Of a stretch of 64,000 nt of DNA, positions 60,934-64,000 are shown piece after piece. The notes under the pieces are model-generated. The model did not search any database. It was not told the DNA's origin and saw nothing but the letters and a program-made list of their open reading frames with translations. The stretch is from an uncultured Bacteroidales bacterium (lineage in GTDB: Bacteria; Bacteroidota; Bacteroidia; Bacteroidales; VadinHA17): positions 2,424 through 66,423 of the forward strand of contig CAWDYR010000011.1 of NCBI GenBank assembly GCA_963806555.1, written 5' to 3'. Both the position numbers and the translations under genes were made by a program. Each line of letters opens with the position of its first letter. The stretch's first letter is position 1.

Positions 60934-61359
60934 TTATGCAGTTTTATTGCTTCTATTGAAAATTCCGAACAATGCCTTATCAAAAAACGCAAGAAATAGG
61001 ACGCCTATTAGAGCGTAGGTAATCCAGCCGGGTAAATTTAGTTCCGGCAATTGTGAAAGATCTACCTGCGGCAGGGAGATGTTGAGTTCCGCGATATATT
61101 TCACGACTGACCGGCCTATTGACCCGGATGAGCCGGCGGGAATGAAAATTACAGCTGCCATCAGGCCAAGAGTAATCAGTGCTGAGACCAGAGGTACCGG
61201 GCTTTTCAGGAATGCCCTTGAGTGAACCTTTGATGATCCGGCTTCAATCCGGATCCTGGTCATGGTTTTTGAAGTAAATCCCTCAGGCGCTCTTTCAATC
61301 TTTCCGGGATTTATATATTTTCTGAGGATATCTTCCTCAATTTGATCCTGTTTATTCAT
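60934..61359 (-). CDS. Putative membrane anti-sigma factor
   Basis: Overlaps the ECF stop. N-terminal APEGFTSKTM motif and two TM helices. Confidence 0.7.
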   Translation of the reverse strand: MNKQDQIEEDILRKYINPGKIERAPEGFTSKTMTRIRIEAGSSKVHSRAFLKSPVPLVSALITLGLMAAVIFIPAGSSGSIGRSVVKYIAELNISLPQVDLSQLPELNLPGWITYALIGVLFLAFFDKALFGIFNRSNKTA

Positions 61360-61927
61360 TGTAAATAATGTTTTTTGTTTCAACCCTGGCAATAATTTCG
61401 ATCATTTTTTGCCTTGCCCTGAATAATTTCACCTTAATATTTGATTTACTGATACCCGTAATGTCAGATATCTTTCCGGTATCCAGTTCATCATAATAAT
61501 ACATGCTTACGAGCGCCCTGTCTTCTTCATCAATCTTTTGGAGTGCAAAGTTGACCAGGGAGCTTCTGAATTCGTTTTCCGCCTCATCGACGTTAGGATT
61601 AAAGGTCAGAAAATCAATTGCATCAGCAGGAAAATCTTCAACCGAAAGTATCCCTTTCCTCCTTGTCCTTACAAGTGATATCGCTGTATTGTAAACTATC
61701 CTGTAAAGCCAGGTTTCAAAACGGCTTTTCATTTTAAAACCTCTTAAAGCCTTGTAAGCCTTCAGGAAAGCATCCTGGGCGATCTCTTCAGCCTCCTCGC
61801 GGTTGCCGCAGATCCTGAAAGCCAGGTTAAAGGCTTTGTCTTTGTGCCTTTCGACCAGATAGGAGAAGGCATTGATTTTTCCATCAAGAACCTGCTCTAT
61901 ATAATATACATCACCTTTATAATCCAT
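61352..61927 (-). CDS. ECF sigma-70 factor
   Basis: AEEIAQDAFLKAY, FETWLYRIVYN and SNIKVKLFRAR motifs. Confidence 0.93.
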   Translation of the reverse strand: MDYKGDVYYIEQVLDGKINAFSYLVERHKDKAFNLAFRICGNREEAEEIAQDAFLKAYKALRGFKMKSRFETWLYRIVYNTAISLVRTRRKGILSVEDFPADAIDFLTFNPNVDEAENEFRSSLVNFALQKIDEEDRALVSMYYYDELDTGKISDITGISKSNIKVKLFRARQKMIEIIARVETKNIIYNE

Positions 61928-61938
61928 TCCGGACTTTT

Positions 61939-62032
61939 GACGCTCAAAGTTATGAATTGGTTACTATATGGTGTAAAAAATTGATAACAAATAATGTAAA
62001 AATTTTGTAACCGGTTTCAATCCTCATGTGTC
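61939..62032. promoter_or_regulatory. Back-to-back ECF promoters
   Basis: Minus strand GTAACC-N16-CGTC (61964-61939) and plus strand GTAACC-N16-TGTC (62007-62032). Confidence 0.65.
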
Positions 62033-62072
62033 TAAAGGGTTGAATCAAGTATTAATTTAAAATTAAAAAATC

Positions 62073-62417
62073 ATGGAAACAGCTATCGTATTCATTGCAA
62101 TAATTGCAGGAATTTTTGGAATTATGTATATTTTTTACTCAACAAGGCATAAGGAACGCCTGGCCCTTATCGAAAAAGGCGCTGATGCCAGTCTTTTCAA
62201 TACAGGGAAGGAAGGAGCAAAATATGGTCTTAACTGGAACAAGTTCACTCTTAAATTAGGAATGCTGGCAATGGGTATAGCTGTTGGAATAATAGTAGGC
62301 GCTATGCTTTCGTATGCTGGCGTGCTTGACGAGGATGCCAACTACCCGGCAATGATATTCTTCTTCGGGGGTCTTAGCCTTGTACTGTTCTATTTGATCG
62401 ACAGGAAAGCCAAGTAG
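62073..62417 (+). CDS. DUF6249-like small membrane protein
   Basis: TM helix, RHKERLALIEKG, LKLG..GI..G and two more TM helices. Divergent from the ECF gene. Confidence 0.78.
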   Translation: METAIVFIAIIAGIFGIMYIFYSTRHKERLALIEKGADASLFNTGKEGAKYGLNWNKFTLKLGMLAMGIAVGIIVGAMLSYAGVLDEDANYPAMIFFFGGLSLVLFYLIDRKAK

Positions 62418-62431
62418 TGTATTATTATGTC

Positions 62432-62459
62432 GTAGGAACGTTGCATGCAACGTTCCTAC
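62432..62459. repeat. GTAG-family REP palindrome
   Basis: Perfect 28-bp palindrome GTAGGAACGTTGCATGCAACGTTCCTAC between convergent genes. Confidence 0.75.
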
Positions 62460-62466
62460 AATACAA

Positions 62467-63741
62467 TTATTTTGTATAAAATTCAATCATTTTCCTCACT
62501 GCTTCACGGCATACCGAACAATATCCTTTTTCAGAATTGCTCTTCATCCTGCAATCGGATTCCGGCCGGAAGATCCCTTTGGCTGAATAGCCGCCACCCT
62601 CAAATAACCCTGTAACATTTTTATACTTTTCCTCCGACGGAGTCGGGATTGGAATTGTCGGGGATATTAATTCCTTCCATTTGGAATCGAAGTCAACCCT
62701 GGTTGTGATATTTGGCTCCCATGGTTCAACATTCAGCGGATAGAACTCATCATAGGCTACTGTTGATGAATAATATTCATCAGCCAGACCTGCAAAACCG
62801 TGCCCGAATTCATGAATGAAGACTTTGGGTGAAAGGGGATGCCCGGTGGTCGTCCCGCTGTAATAGTTGTAAACTCCGCCACCTCCGTATTTTGTGCTGT
62901 TGATAAGGACGATAATGTTATCATGAGGCACAACGGCGGCATAATCGTTTACTGATTTAATGTCCTGGGTTGTGAGATACCTGTCAAGATCGAATGTATA
63001 AAAACTTGAATTCAAAACCGTATTCACATATATTTTCTCACCCGGGATATCTGTACCGGAATCGGAAGAAACAGCCTCCACTGCCCAGATGTTAATCCTG
63101 TCTTTATAATCGCTGAATGGGGATTCTGCGAACAGAATATCAGCCATCTTCCTGACATCCTCCCTGAACTTGTCCATTTCGTCAGTTTTATAGCCTTCAG
63201 CAATAAAGGCAAGGTCAACACTTACGTGAGGATCGCCGGAGTATTTTATTTTTGTGACCCCTGAAACAACAGGATTCTCTTTTCTAATAAAATAATCGGA
63301 AGGATCGATGTTTGTTTCATAAAGCTTTGAAACAGATCCGTTTCGCTCCCTCATGCCAATAACAAACCTGATCTTATTTTTTGGGAAGGGCATAGTTGCC
63401 ACTTCGTAGAAGCTGCGTTCCATTGTTTTTGCCTCTGAGGTTGTCTGCCATTCCTGGAAAAGGGTGCAGAATCCCCGTGAATAGATCAGCGTATTGCTTG
63501 CATCATCATATACTTCATACCTGAAATTTCCGTAATTAAACGGATCGATAAGTGAGTTGGGTGAACCGCCCCAGTAGGGCTCTTCTTTCATGCCAGCGGG
63601 ATACACTACAGTTTTCTGATAGTTACCGGCAAGCATGAAATCAAATCTTAAAACCTTATCGGTGAAATATTTCTCAAAATTATTCTGCCCCAGGGCCAGT
63701 GCAGAACTGCAGATTAACATAAAGGACAGAAAGATTCTCAT
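62467..63741 (-). CDS. M64 family metallopeptidase (IgA peptidase-like)
   Basis: AEGY, YGGGG, HEFGHGFAGLADEY, EPNIT, EGGGY and CRM...C..C motifs. Confidence 0.92.
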   Translation of the reverse strand: MRIFLSFMLICSSALALGQNNFEKYFTDKVLRFDFMLAGNYQKTVVYPAGMKEEPYWGGSPNSLIDPFNYGNFRYEVYDDASNTLIYSRGFCTLFQEWQTTSEAKTMERSFYEVATMPFPKNKIRFVIGMRERNGSVSKLYETNIDPSDYFIRKENPVVSGVTKIKYSGDPHVSVDLAFIAEGYKTDEMDKFREDVRKMADILFAESPFSDYKDRINIWAVEAVSSDSGTDIPGEKIYVNTVLNSSFYTFDLDRYLTTQDIKSVNDYAAVVPHDNIIVLINSTKYGGGGVYNYYSGTTTGHPLSPKVFIHEFGHGFAGLADEYYSSTVAYDEFYPLNVEPWEPNITTRVDFDSKWKELISPTIPIPTPSEEKYKNVTGLFEGGGYSAKGIFRPESDCRMKSNSEKGYCSVCREAVRKMIEFYTK

Positions 63742-63860
63742 ACCGGGCATAATTACATATAATGGTGTAAAGCTAAAAATAATCAGTGATTAGGTAAATA
63801 ATTTATCTAATTTTGCCCAATTAAATAATTCATATCCAATGTTACCAAAAAATTAGAATC

Positions 63861-64000
63861 ATGGCTGATCTCAATACCAGAATAAGCGACTTTGTGTGGA
63901 AGAACCTGAATGAAAAACATGTCAACGGGAAAAATGATCCTTTCTGGAAGGCATTAAATGAAACAGGAACTGAATTATGGCTCGATACGGGTGATATAGA
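63861..64000 (+). CDS. Transaldolase-family protein, 5' fragment
   Basis: MADLNTRISDF...GTELWLDTGDI resembles the transaldolase LDT start. TAATTTTG promoter at 63808. Truncated by the window edge. Confidence 0.6.
   Translation, partial: MADLNTRISDFVWKNLNEKHVNGKNDPFWKALNETGTELWLDTGDI

Overview
This is a gene-dense chromosomal segment from a Bacteroidota organism, probably an anaerobic Bacteroidales, judged from TAnnTTTG promoters, T9SS cargo, gldB, the MurF-Alr fusion and the absence of clear Shine-Dalgarno sites. It carries about 51 mostly housekeeping or envelope genes: rluD, mqnE, rpmH, rsmG, tgt, ispE, dnaB, rsmI, tdk, murF-alr, nadE, a ferredoxin, meaB, a two-component system, znuACB, lpdA, uvrA, smpB, miaA, recA, bcp, clpS, three ECF sigma factors and several peptidases. 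About 15 single-base indels, nearly all +1, break nine genes including essential ones, which points to uncorrected long-read errors. I found no tRNA, rRNA, CRISPR array, prophage or intact transposase. The most interesting material is non-coding: (i) a roughly 200-nt structured segment at 48.2-48.4 kb that resembles an IS110 left end or bridge RNA but has no recombinase gene; (ii) a roughly 365-bp TIR-bounded MITE-like element with a nested palindromic doublet, present twice plus one fragment, each time inside or next to another hairpin or REP; (iii) a 20-bp palindrome seen as filled and empty sites of the same REP-like motif. Protein-level points of interest are an active/inactive M14 carboxypeptidase pair, a dual-membrane-spanning anti-sigma factor, a POTRA-less Omp85-like protein with a degenerate peptidase domain, and regulatory sites that can be read directly from the sequence (an OmpR-type TTAAC triplet and matching divergent ECF promoters).
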